Below are positions 1-7,924 of a DNA stretch of 64,000 bases, piece by piece (the first letter of the stretch is position 1; each line of letters begins with the position of its first letter). The DNA comes from a virus. The position numbers were made by a program, and so were the translations under genes. The notes beneath the pieces are model-generated. The model made no database searches. It was not told the DNA's origin and saw only the letters and a list, made by a program, of their open reading frames with translations. The stretch covers positions 10,530 to 74,529 of IMG/VR virus record IMGVR_UViG_3300049435_000061; one strand, written 5' to 3'.

Positions 1-20
1 GTTTGGGTTGCTGTTGTCAT
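1..20 (-). CDS. 5' end of a gene running off the window (MTTATQ...)
   Basis: ATG at 20-18 preceded by the AACAAGATTGGAG RBS motif (28-40). Confidence 0.6.
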
Positions 21-105
21 TTTGAGTCTCCAATCTTGTTTTTGGTGCTGAACACACCAGCAGCACACACAGGCACGGATGTCTGTGTGGCTGAGTCATG
101 TTCAG

Positions 106-438
106 TTAGTCGCCAATGGCGTAGCCGTCGATGCCGCCGCAGCGACTACATTCGACGGCGTCATGCCAGGCGTGTTGCCGATATACGGCGTCGTCTTCAC
201 TGTGGCAGTAACGGCAGCGCACTTTCGGCGAAACATAGTGCGCCGCTTTAGGTATTGTCGGGTCAGCGTGAAGCCATTCACCCATGCCGTATGATCCACC
301 GTTCGGATCGTAAACGAGCTGTTCATCACATGTCTTGCAGTGGTGAACGTCTGGCAGTATTTCAACGTCAATGGTGGGAAGTGTGCAGTAGTTGCCTCGT
401 TTGGCATCCGCAAACATCTCTAACGTTGTGCTCATCAT
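106..438 (-). CDS. Zn-finger (multi-CxxC) hypothetical protein
   Basis: MMSTTLEMF start after motif RBS at 442-453; CKTC, CRYC, CSRC. Confidence 0.75.
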   Translation of the reverse strand: MMSTTLEMFADAKRGNYCTLPTIDVEILPDVHHCKTCDEQLVYDPNGGSYGMGEWLHADPTIPKAAHYVSPKVRCRYCHSEDDAVYRQHAWHDAVECSRCGGIDGYAIGD

Positions 439-554
439 TGTCTCCAATCTTGGTTGGGCTGAGATACCCAGTGGCGCAGTCAGACGCAACTGTAAGCGTC
501 GCCAGGGGCGGCGAGATGCGCTGTTGGCGTCTGACTGGCCAAGTGTTTCTCAGA

Positions 555-704
555 TCAGTGCGTATGTTCGTACAAGGCAATCATTGTCGCTACTGTCACA
601 ACGACAACGAGTAGGCACAGCATGATGTGAACAACGAGCAGCGCGGCGGATGTCGCGCCAATCATCATCACGGCGATGCGCAGGGCATCGAGTGCGGCGT
701 TCAC
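555..704 (-). CDS. 49-aa hydrophobic membrane protein (below ORF-track cutoff)
   Basis: GTGA overlap with upstream stop; MNAALDALRIAVMMIGATSAALLVVHIMLCLLVVVVTVATMIALYEHTH. Confidence 0.65.
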   Translation of the reverse strand: MNAALDALRIAVMMIGATSAALLVVHIMLCLLVVVVTVATMIALYEHTH

Positions 705-928
705 AGTGCGGCCCACCAGAAGCGGCGGACGGCGCGGTCAAACTCGTGTTGTGCGTGCATACGGTCAATCACATTCTCACGCTGCGGCTTTTGTGTCGGC
801 ACGAAACGTATTGTGGTGACCGGTGCGACCGGGTGGCTTGATTGCTTGTCGAAGGCGAGTCGCACGATATGGAACTCGGGCGGACGCGGCGGCACGACGT
901 TCAGCTTTGGGCTTCCAGGTACATGCAT
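701..928 (-). CDS. hypothetical protein, first gene of the leftward operon
   Basis: ATG preceded by motif RBS at 936-948. Confidence 0.65.
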   Translation of the reverse strand: MHVPGSPKLNVVPPRPPEFHIVRLAFDKQSSHPVAPVTTIRFVPTQKPQRENVIDRMHAQHEFDRAVRRFWWAAL

Positions 929-1003
929 TGCGATTCTCCAATCTTGTTGCTAGTGAAAAGCGCACTAGCACGCGGTCGAGGACATCTATAAATCCCCGTG
1001 AAA

Positions 1004-1030
1004 CCCAACCAGTCGGTGAGACTGGTTGGG
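1004..1030 (-). terminator. 11-bp perfect hairpin (terminator/attenuator candidate)
   Basis: CCCAACCAGTC-ggtga-GACTGGTTGGG, followed by only TTT on the minus strand. Confidence 0.5.
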
Positions 1031-1430
1031 AATCATGGAAATTCAAGATTAGAGGAGACTATTCTCAACTATTACAGCTCACTACAATTTCACGGTGCGG
1101 GTCGCGGGACACAAGTCTCAGATAAATGTTCTCGCAGAAGCTTCATCAGCATGACACGCACTTAAGTCGGATACTCTCGTGGGCTGCATTCGTCTCTATA
1201 GGGCATATGTTCATTGCGCGTAGACGGTTTCGGTCACTCTTGAGTGGTCGCTGGTCGTCTCGGTCGTTGGGCGCGGCTTCGGGCTTTGCACTGATCAACG
1301 GTGGTCGTAGCGCGTCTCATATGTCTGTGTCTCTCGGGCTGGTTCACGGAGTGGGTTCAGGCGCGGAAGCGGCTGCTGGTCAAACGGTGTCCCTGGGACT
1401 TGTTTTGATCGGTATGTACTTGTACATCCG

Positions 1431-1460
1431 ATCATAGTAAGACGGGTGTACGGAAGTCAA
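1431..1460 (-). promoter_or_regulatory. SigA-like promoter
   Basis: TTGACT-18 bp-TATGAT in an intergenic region. Confidence 0.7.
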
Positions 1461-1674
1461 GTAAAACAAGCAGTTAGCCAGGAGTCACAGTAAACTCACA
1501 TACGTGCAGCTCAGAGCACTGCCGACCATGGTTGATCTTGTTTGCTTAGTTGCCAGAAATGTGGCGAATGTGGACGGTGTTAAACCGGTCAACACATGTG
1601 GTGAAAGTGCAGGATCAGAATGCACAAAACGTGATCTTTCCACTGGGACAACACATCTCGCCCAGGTGCGACTA

Positions 1675-1704
1675 TTGTCGCAGCTCACAGCGTCGGCGTA
1701 GCAT
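1675..1704 (+). promoter_or_regulatory. promoter for leaderless lipoprotein gene
   Basis: TTGTCG-18 bp-TAGCAT, 6 nt before ATG 1711, no SD. Confidence 0.6.
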
Positions 1705-1710
1705 GTCGAC

Positions 1711-2160
1711 ATGGGTGAGCACAACACAGCATTCCCGACGCCCACAGCGACGCTGGGACACGACCAACATCCCCGACGTGCAATCACACGGTCGGCCACA
1801 GCAGCGGCAGCAGGGGCGCTGTCAGCGCTTGTTTTGTCCGCGTGCACCGCGACCGGCACAGGCGACGTCGGACACCACGTGCCACCGATGCGCTCGGACG
1901 GCACCTTCTGGTTCATCGACTCAACAGAAGCGGGCACATGGGAAACAGCCGGGTCGGCGCGGGTCAACGGCAACGACTGCTCGTGGAACCTGTTTCTCAA
2001 CCCGCCCGGCGAGATGGAGCAGAGCTTCAAAGACACCGACTGGGCCGAGTATCAGATCAGCCGTGGCGATGTGGCGGTCGGACAGCCCGCCCGTGTGACG
2101 CTGGCTGACGGGCAGTTTTTTACTTCCAACGGCTGCGCCGACTGGCAGCGCGTCGACTAG
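1711..2160 (+). CDS. lipoprotein (only credible plus-strand gene)
   Basis: hydrophobic stretch then LSAC lipobox; GTWET..C.W..F.SNGCADW pattern of actinobacterial lipoproteins. Confidence 0.75.
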   Translation: MGEHNTAFPTPTATLGHDQHPRRAITRSATAAAAGALSALVLSACTATGTGDVGHHVPPMRSDGTFWFIDSTEAGTWETAGSARVNGNDCSWNLFLNPPGEMEQSFKDTDWAEYQISRGDVAVGQPARVTLADGQFFTSNGCADWQRVD

Positions 2161-2456
2161 ACGACGGCGTTGACGTCTATGGGAATCACCTCGGCCAACT
2201 GGTCGACCGCCTGTCGGCGTCCCAGCACATACGCCGCACCCGCAAACATCCACGCCCACGGGTCAGCCCATCTCGGCCAACGCCGCGACAGGTGCGCCGC
2301 TGTCAAAAGGATCGCCGCGTCGGTGAGAATGGGCTGTGTCGCGCGGTAACGATCCATCGCATCGCAAAGCTGTTCACGCTGGTAGGCAACAGCCCAAATG
2401 TTGTGCACGACAGCCGCGACCGGTACGGCTGCCCAAAAAACGTTGGACGGCTTCAC
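2157..2456 (-). CDS. membrane-associated phage protein, end of late operon
   Basis: hydrophobic segments; converges on the lipoprotein gene. Confidence 0.65.
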   Translation of the reverse strand: MKPSNVFWAAVPVAAVVHNIWAVAYQREQLCDAMDRYRATQPILTDAAILLTAAHLSRRWPRWADPWAWMFAGAAYVLGRRQAVDQLAEVIPIDVNAVV

Positions 2457-2462
2457 TGATGA

Positions 2463-3044
2463 TCACCTACTTGTAAGGACGTTCATTACTATAATGACGG
2501 CGGTCAAAACAAGACCGAGCACGCCGACCAGGTATCCCCAATTTTCTTTCCCGGTGACCTGTCGGGTGGTGGCCGCCTGAAACCCTTTGTCGATGGTCGA
2601 CTGTATCCGTTTGACATGTTCGTCCAGCCCTGTGAATCGAGCATTGAATTTTTCATCTAAAGCACGGAACTGGGTGTCGGCTTCAACGCGCGAAATCAGT
2701 GTGGACTGAATGTCGGCCAGCTGTCCACGAAACTCGTTGACATTCTCAAACCGCTTCTCGTTGGCGGTGTTCGCTTTCTCCACAGCCTCTTTCGCAGCCA
2801 GAAGGGCTGCCTGCACAGCCTCTTTGTCGGCAGCTCGTGCGGTTTTCATCGCCTCCTGCTGGGACACGAAAGCCGCGTCGAGTGCTTTGGTTTGCGTCGT
2901 GTATCGCTCATCCAGCATTCTGCTAAGAGCATCTATCTGCGTTGCGGTCAAAGCGTTGGCGGCAGCCTGTTGCGTTCGCAGATGCAGAAACAGCAGGTCG
3001 GGTGTCCAACCGGACGGCTGCTGTTCGGTTTCACCAGACATCAT
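2463..3044 (-). CDS. coiled-coil protein with C-terminal TM helix (lysis cluster)
   Basis: long helical region then WGYLVGVLGLVLTAVIIV; ATGA overlap. Confidence 0.75.
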   Translation of the reverse strand: MMSGETEQQPSGWTPDLLFLHLRTQQAAANALTATQIDALSRMLDERYTTQTKALDAAFVSQQEAMKTARAADKEAVQAALLAAKEAVEKANTANEKRFENVNEFRGQLADIQSTLISRVEADTQFRALDEKFNARFTGLDEHVKRIQSTIDKGFQAATTRQVTGKENWGYLVGVLGLVLTAVIIVMNVLTSR

Positions 3045-3526
3045 CGCTCCTGGTCTTCGGATTGCCTGGTCGTCTTGAGTGTTTGATCTTCTGCTTGCCG
3101 CTGTCGGGCATTCGCCTGCTGTTGAGCCAAAATGTCGTCGTCTTCACGGTTTCTGACTTGCATCAACTCCCGATCCTGCCTGTCCCGTTCCTCCCGATCC
3201 GGCCTGGGGCGAATGGTGGGCGGGCGGGGAAAGTCGGGCCGCTCGACGTGGATAATCTCATACGCACTGCGCATCCACGGCCCAATCTCGTCTTGCAGCA
3301 GCGACCACAGATAGTCAACATCTTGTGTGGTTGCCTGCCAGCGGTCACGCAGCTCCTCGTTTCGGTCATCGTCTGCCAGTTTACGTTTCAGCTCCAACCC
3401 GCGCAGCTGTTCATCGTTGAGCCGCTGCGTGCGCCTACTGGTTAGAACGGGAACGACGATGACGCCAAGCAATGAGATGAACGCCACCACAAGGGGTATC
3501 CACCACGTGGTCATTGCTTCGCCCAA
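3041..3526 (-). CDS. N-terminal TM plus coiled-coil protein (lysis cluster)
   Basis: WWIPLVVAFISLLGVIVVP. Confidence 0.75.
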   Translation of the reverse strand: MGEAMTTWWIPLVVAFISLLGVIVVPVLTSRRTQRLNDEQLRGLELKRKLADDDRNEELRDRWQATTQDVDYLWSLLQDEIGPWMRSAYEIIHVERPDFPRPPTIRPRPDREERDRQDRELMQVRNREDDDILAQQQANARQRQAEDQTLKTTRQSEDQER

Positions 3527-4026
3527 TGCTCACATTCGGGATGGTTTTTGTAGTGCTGTATCCGCCAAATCTCTTTGATCACAACAGTGTCTATGTGGAT
3601 CAGCGCGAAAAATATTCCAAACGACAAACCCAACGCCATCAGTTGCGGCCACAAAAGGTGGGCAACAAACGTCAACCGGTACAGGTAGAACCCGAGACTT
3701 GTCACCACCGACAGCTGCCCGAAAACACCGCAGCCGTACGGTGTGCGAAGATCCACGTTGGCGTCACGGAAAAATTTCCCGACACCCATGCAGCACGCTA
3801 TCAGGCACAGACCCGATCCCCATACTATGAGCAGACCCAAAATCCTGTTGGCGTCCGGTGAAAGCAGGGGCAGCCCAACCATTGCTGGCCGCAACACGAT
3901 AGCCAAACCGACCACCGACAAACCGAGGTGGACCCACACATACATCCGCGAATGGTCGATGCGCACCGGGAACGACTTGTGTGCCCAACGGATATACCAG
4001 TCGCGCACACGGGTTTTCAGGTTCAT
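3511..4026 (-). CDS. 4-TM membrane protein (holin-like/lysis accessory)
   Basis: four hydrophobic helices; downstream of holin. Confidence 0.7.
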   Translation of the reverse strand: MNLKTRVRDWYIRWAHKSFPVRIDHSRMYVWVHLGLSVVGLAIVLRPAMVGLPLLSPDANRILGLLIVWGSGLCLIACCMGVGKFFRDANVDLRTPYGCGVFGQLSVVTSLGFYLYRLTFVAHLLWPQLMALGLSFGIFFALIHIDTVVIKEIWRIQHYKNHPECEHWAKQ

Positions 4027-4478
4027 GGCAGCGGCACCTCCGGTACCGACACTGACGGCACCCCAATCGACGGGTCCACAACAACTATGATCGGCGGAAC
4101 CGTAACCAGTGGTGGCGACGCCGGATTGGTGGATGTTACGGTGCGCGGCGCGTCCTCCACCGGGGGCGACACAACAACGGTGGCAGTCATGTTGCCCAAC
4201 GGACCTGGCGGTACAACGGGCGTGCCAGGCGGCGTACCAGTTGGCGACGGCGGCAGGCGGCGGTCAACAACAGCAGACGGTGACGCTGGCCCCACCATCG
4301 GAAGCACAACGCCGGGAGCGCCGAAGGCGGGCGCACCAGGCGGTAGCTGGTTTTCATTGGATGCGCCCAGCGTTGCCCATGAAACACCGACCAAAGTGAG
4401 GATTCCCGCCAACAGTACAGTCATGTCGTACCTAAACCTTTGCTGCTCAAGGCTTCTTGTTTCGACCTGCCGGTGCAT
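4023..4478 (-). CDS. membrane-anchored Pro-rich protein
   Basis: TM segment then P/V/T-rich tail. Confidence 0.65.
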   Translation of the reverse strand: MHRQVETRSLEQQRFRYDMTVLLAGILTLVGVSWATLGASNENQLPPGAPAFGAPGVVLPMVGPASPSAVVDRRLPPSPTGTPPGTPVVPPGPLGNMTATVVVSPPVEDAPRTVTSTNPASPPLVTVPPIIVVVDPSIGVPSVSVPEVPLP

Positions 4479-4736
4479 TTATTTCTCGTGACGACCAGCG
4501 GTCCCGGTGGTGACCAGGGATGGGCTGTCGGAGCTACCGAGCGGGATGGAACCCAACGACGTCGCCACCGACAGCACCGCGCCGGAAAGTGCAGCGCCGA
4601 CAATGATCTTCCAGTCCAGGCTGTAGGCGTTGGCCACCGGTCCGACATGGTCGGCGACGACGACACCGGCAACAAACTGGCCCGCCGTCTTGACGGCACG
4701 TTCTGCGACCTGCTTCCAAAAAATAAGTGTGAACAT
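4479..4736 (-). CDS. holin, r1t family
   Basis: FWKQVAERAVKTAGQ...DW...AVLSVATSLGS signature; AAAGG RBS. Confidence 0.85.
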   Translation of the reverse strand: MFTLIFWKQVAERAVKTAGQFVAGVVVADHVGPVANAYSLDWKIIVGAALSGAVLSVATSLGSIPLGSSDSPSLVTTGTAGRHEK

Positions 4737-4747
4737 GGTGTTGCCTT

Positions 4748-6712
4748 TCATGGTGTTGCCGGGTTGTCCCGGTCGTCTTTGGGACGCTTGAAGATTCGGT
4801 TGTCGTCGGGTGTCCACAGGCGGTCGCCGCTGCGCACCGTCCCGCTGTTGGTGTCAACGGCGAAAGCGACACGCCCACCGGGTCCAACTTTGAATGTGCG
4901 TGACGACGGAATGATCGGTCGTGCACCGCCGATGACGACGGGCACACCGAACACCAGCTCCGAGACGATGCTGGCGGGGGCGACGTCCTGGTTGAGCAGA
5001 AACAGGATGAACTGGCCGAACCGTTGGCCACTGTCGATGCCTGCCGGTGCGACAATGTAGGCCAGCGTTGCATGGCCCGCCCGGTCGCTCGCCGGAATCG
5101 AGTGGGCGGCAACAATTGTTCCCAGCGTGACACCGCCCAACAACTCTGTTGAACCGATGCCTGCTGGCGTGACAGTGACCGCGCCGGGCGTGGCGGCAGC
5201 CGCACCGAACGCCTCGACGCTGACAACGCCTGTGGGGCTGACTGTGACGGTGCCCGGTGTGACGGTGGGTGTGCCGAACCGGTCGACACCAGGAATCCCT
5301 GTCGGTGCGATGATGACCGCAGCTGTGACCGCTGGCGTGCCGAACCACTCATCGGATCGGATGCCTGCTGGCGTGACGGTGACGGTGCCCGGTGTGACGA
5401 CTGTGCCGCCCAACGTTTCACCACTGACAATGCCGTGCAGGCTGAGGTTGACCACGCCAGGTGTGACGATGGGTGTGCCGAAACGGTCGACACCGGGAAT
5501 GCCTGCCGGTGCAATGATGACAGTGAACGTAACTGCTGGCGTCCCGAACCGCTCATCAGGTCGAATGCCCGCTGGCGAGATGGTGACCGCGCCCGGTGTG
5601 ATGACCTGTACACCGAACGCTTCGACGCTGACAATGCCTGTGGGGCCGACTGTGACGGTGCCCGGTGTGACAATGGGTGTGCCGAACCGCTCGACACCGG
5701 GAATGGACGCCGGTGCGATGATGGACACGCCGGTCACCACCGATGGCCCACCCAAAAGTTCGCCTGTAGCAATGCCCGCCGATGTGACATACAGGACGGT
5801 GGTGGGAACACCGATCTGCTCGACGCCGCCGATGCCGTTGGGTGCCACAATGTACGCGGTCGCCACCGACCCGAGCGCGGAGCCGCCGTCGATGCTGGCG
5901 GGCATCACCGCAAAGCCGAGTGCCGCGCTACCCAACTGTTGTGCGCTCGCGATACCGACCGGTGAGATTGTGACCGCACCCGGTGTGACGGCTAGTGCAC
6001 CAGCGGCTTCGGTGCTGACAATGCCTGTCGGTGTGACAGTGACCGTACCGGGTGTGACAGTTGACGCACCTGGTCGTTCGTCGCTGGCAATGCCTGCTGC
6101 TGTGATGGCCACGCCAAGTGCGGTGCCACCCAGCCGTTCACCGCTGGCAACGCCTGTCGGTGCGACGTCTATGGTGCCGGTGGTTGCGCCCAACCGTTCA
6201 GCACTTGCGATGGCTGCTGGGGCAACCGTGACCACACCGGGCGTGACTGTTTGCGCACCAGCGGTTTCCGCTGACGGGATGCCTGTCGGTGTGACGGTGG
6301 CCGTACCGGGTGCGACAGTTGGCGCACCTGCCCGTTCAGCGGTGGCAATGCCTGCCGGTGTGACAGTGACAGTGCCCGGTGTGACTGTTTGCGCACCAAC
6401 GGCTTCCGTGCTGGCGATGCCTGCCGGTGTGACGTTGACGGTGCCGGTGGTTGCGCCTAAACGTTCGGCGGTGGGGATGCCTGTTGGTGCGACGGTGACA
6501 ACGTTGGTCTGGGTGGCTACACCTAAACGTTCACCGCTGGCAATACCTGTTGGCGCGATGGTGACGGTGCCAGGTGTAACAGTCTGTACACCAGCGGCTT
6601 CCGCGCTCGCGATGCCTGCTGGTGCAATCGTCTGCGGCGGCCCACTCGTCGCGACAGGCCCAACAAGCGGCTTGTACGACGCTACTGGGTATGACCGCCC
6701 AGCGCGGGCCAT
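4748..6712 (-). CDS. repeat-rich fibre-like structural protein
   Basis: >25 copies of (T/A)PxGIxSxExxGxxxVTPGxV. Confidence 0.75.
   Translation of the reverse strand: MARAGRSYPVASYKPLVGPVATSGPPQTIAPAGIASAEAAGVQTVTPGTVTIAPTGIASGERLGVATQTNVVTVAPTGIPTAERLGATTGTVNVTPAGIASTEAVGAQTVTPGTVTVTPAGIATAERAGAPTVAPGTATVTPTGIPSAETAGAQTVTPGVVTVAPAAIASAERLGATTGTIDVAPTGVASGERLGGTALGVAITAAGIASDERPGASTVTPGTVTVTPTGIVSTEAAGALAVTPGAVTISPVGIASAQQLGSAALGFAVMPASIDGGSALGSVATAYIVAPNGIGGVEQIGVPTTVLYVTSAGIATGELLGGPSVVTGVSIIAPASIPGVERFGTPIVTPGTVTVGPTGIVSVEAFGVQVITPGAVTISPAGIRPDERFGTPAVTFTVIIAPAGIPGVDRFGTPIVTPGVVNLSLHGIVSGETLGGTVVTPGTVTVTPAGIRSDEWFGTPAVTAAVIIAPTGIPGVDRFGTPTVTPGTVTVSPTGVVSVEAFGAAAATPGAVTVTPAGIGSTELLGGVTLGTIVAAHSIPASDRAGHATLAYIVAPAGIDSGQRFGQFILFLLNQDVAPASIVSELVFGVPVVIGGARPIIPSSRTFKVGPGGRVAFAVDTNSGTVRSGDRLWTPDDNRIFKRPKDDRDNPATP
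5150..6620. repeat. degenerate intragenic tandem repeats
   Basis: recurring GTGACGGTGCCCGGTGTGAC and ATGCCTG units. Confidence 0.8.
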
Positions 6713-6715
6713 CGG

Positions 6716-7207
6716 TTATTCTTCCCAGACGATGTAGCAGACGGCGTTGATGGCCACGGCGGTGTTCATTCGGATACGACAAATGTCGTTGGCCGCAACA
6801 CCGGGTTCACGGTCGAGCGGGAACTGTTTCGAGTACGACTGTGCCCACTGTTCGGAGAAATCCAGAATCCTTGTGGCGGTGATAGTTCCCTCGGCGGACG
6901 CGGTGAAACCGGTTGCCGTCGTACCCAACGATGCAAGGGATGCAGCGCCACCCGAATCGTCATATTTCATAACGTCGTTGGCACCGGCAGCGGTGACGGT
7001 GGCTGCCACGGTGCCAGATGTCATGAGACCAACCTCCACAACCGCCGTGGGGACGGTGGCGAAGCTGTAGCCCCATTCGATGATGGCGATAGGTGTGGTC
7101 GGTTTCAGTTGAAGCATCGTCTTCAAAACGGTGCCGGTGGTGACCGGCGTGAAGTTGCCCGTGGTAGGCATCGCCTGGTTCCACAGGATGAAACGTCTAC
7201 GTGCCAT
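6716..7207 (-). CDS. putative virion structural protein
   Basis: T/A-rich beta-type protein, GAGGAG RBS. Confidence 0.6.
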   Translation of the reverse strand: MARRRFILWNQAMPTTGNFTPVTTGTVLKTMLQLKPTTPIAIIEWGYSFATVPTAVVEVGLMTSGTVAATVTAAGANDVMKYDDSGGAASLASLGTTATGFTASAEGTITATRILDFSEQWAQSYSKQFPLDREPGVAANDICRIRMNTAVAINAVCYIVWEE

Positions 7208-7219
7208 TCATGTTCTCCC

Positions 7220-7924
7220 TCAATAGTTTAGGGACCGTGCGATCGCAATGGACAGTTGATTGTCAACGGCGGGCACCGATGATGCCGGTGGTATCGGAAG
7301 CAGCGCACCCAGCCAGGCTCCCGCCGATGTGTTGGTGGCAATGGTGGATGTTATCGAGCCGGACGCACCTGCCGCCGCCTTAACCAACGTGTCGACTGCC
7401 ATGTTGCCGTTGAGGTCGCCACCGTCATAGCGTTCCGTCATACCGGTGGCGGCGGTGTATTGACCACCACCGAACCCTGAACCCGACCAGACGAGAAGTC
7501 GGTCGGTACCTGTGGTGGTGACCGACACTGCCGGGATACTGCCATCGGCGGTGGTTGTTTTTATCGCCGAGTTAAGCACGTCGAACGGGACGCCCGTTTT
7601 AATGCAACCGGTGAAACGAAGGGCCACCCCGTTGCGCCACGCCGCTGCGGTCTGGATGGTGAAATTGTATGTGCCAGAATCGGCTCCGGTTGCCCGCTTC
7701 CAAAAGATGTGCATGTTGTGCGCTTGGGTTCCGGTGACCACCACTGGTGAGTTGGTGACTTGCGTGAACCCGCTTGGCATGGTGACAGCGTTGGTGTTTT
7801 CTTTGTACAGAAACGCCAAGATAATGTCGTCAACAGCGACACTGGCGGGAACCGGAATGTTGCTTGCGGTGGCACTTGCACCACCCAGTTCCGTTCCGGC
7901 ACTGCCGAAGGCGGGTGCTGCCAC
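7220..7924 (-). CDS. putative virion fibre/carbohydrate-binding protein
   Basis: G/T/A-rich; VPA..DDIILA...PSGFT...FWKRA pattern. Confidence 0.6.
   Translation of the reverse strand: MAAPAFGSAGTELGGASATASNIPVPASVAVDDIILAFLYKENTNAVTMPSGFTQVTNSPVVVTGTQAHNMHIFWKRATGADSGTYNFTIQTAAAWRNGVALRFTGCIKTGVPFDVLNSAIKTTTADGSIPAVSVTTTGTDRLLVWSGSGFGGGQYTAATGMTERYDGGDLNGNMAVDTLVKAAAGASGSITSTIATNTSAGAWLGALLPIPPASSVPAVDNQLSIAIARSLNY

Noticed and set aside
626-705. Three-way-junction fold resembling a hammerhead or tRNA
   Set aside because: Lacks CUGAUGA/GAAA core and tRNA T-loop; explained by the 49-aa membrane ORF
1126-1437. 103-aa plus-strand ORF
   Set aside because: No RBS or motif; overlaps the minus-strand promoter and leader
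6309-6328. Seventh match to the GGTGCGAC palindrome
   Set aside because: Arises from the GAPTVAP coding repeat and lacks the T-rich spacer; not counted
4748-6712. Repeats considered as CRISPR array or DGR template/variable pair
   Set aside because: Degenerate, in-frame coding repeats; no unique spacers, cas genes or reverse transcriptase recognised
5127-6737. 536-aa plus-strand ORF and other long plus-strand ORFs (e.g. 29869-30963, 57579-58757, 62421-63437)
   Set aside because: Antisense shadows of GC-rich minus-strand genes; no RBS or recognisable motifs
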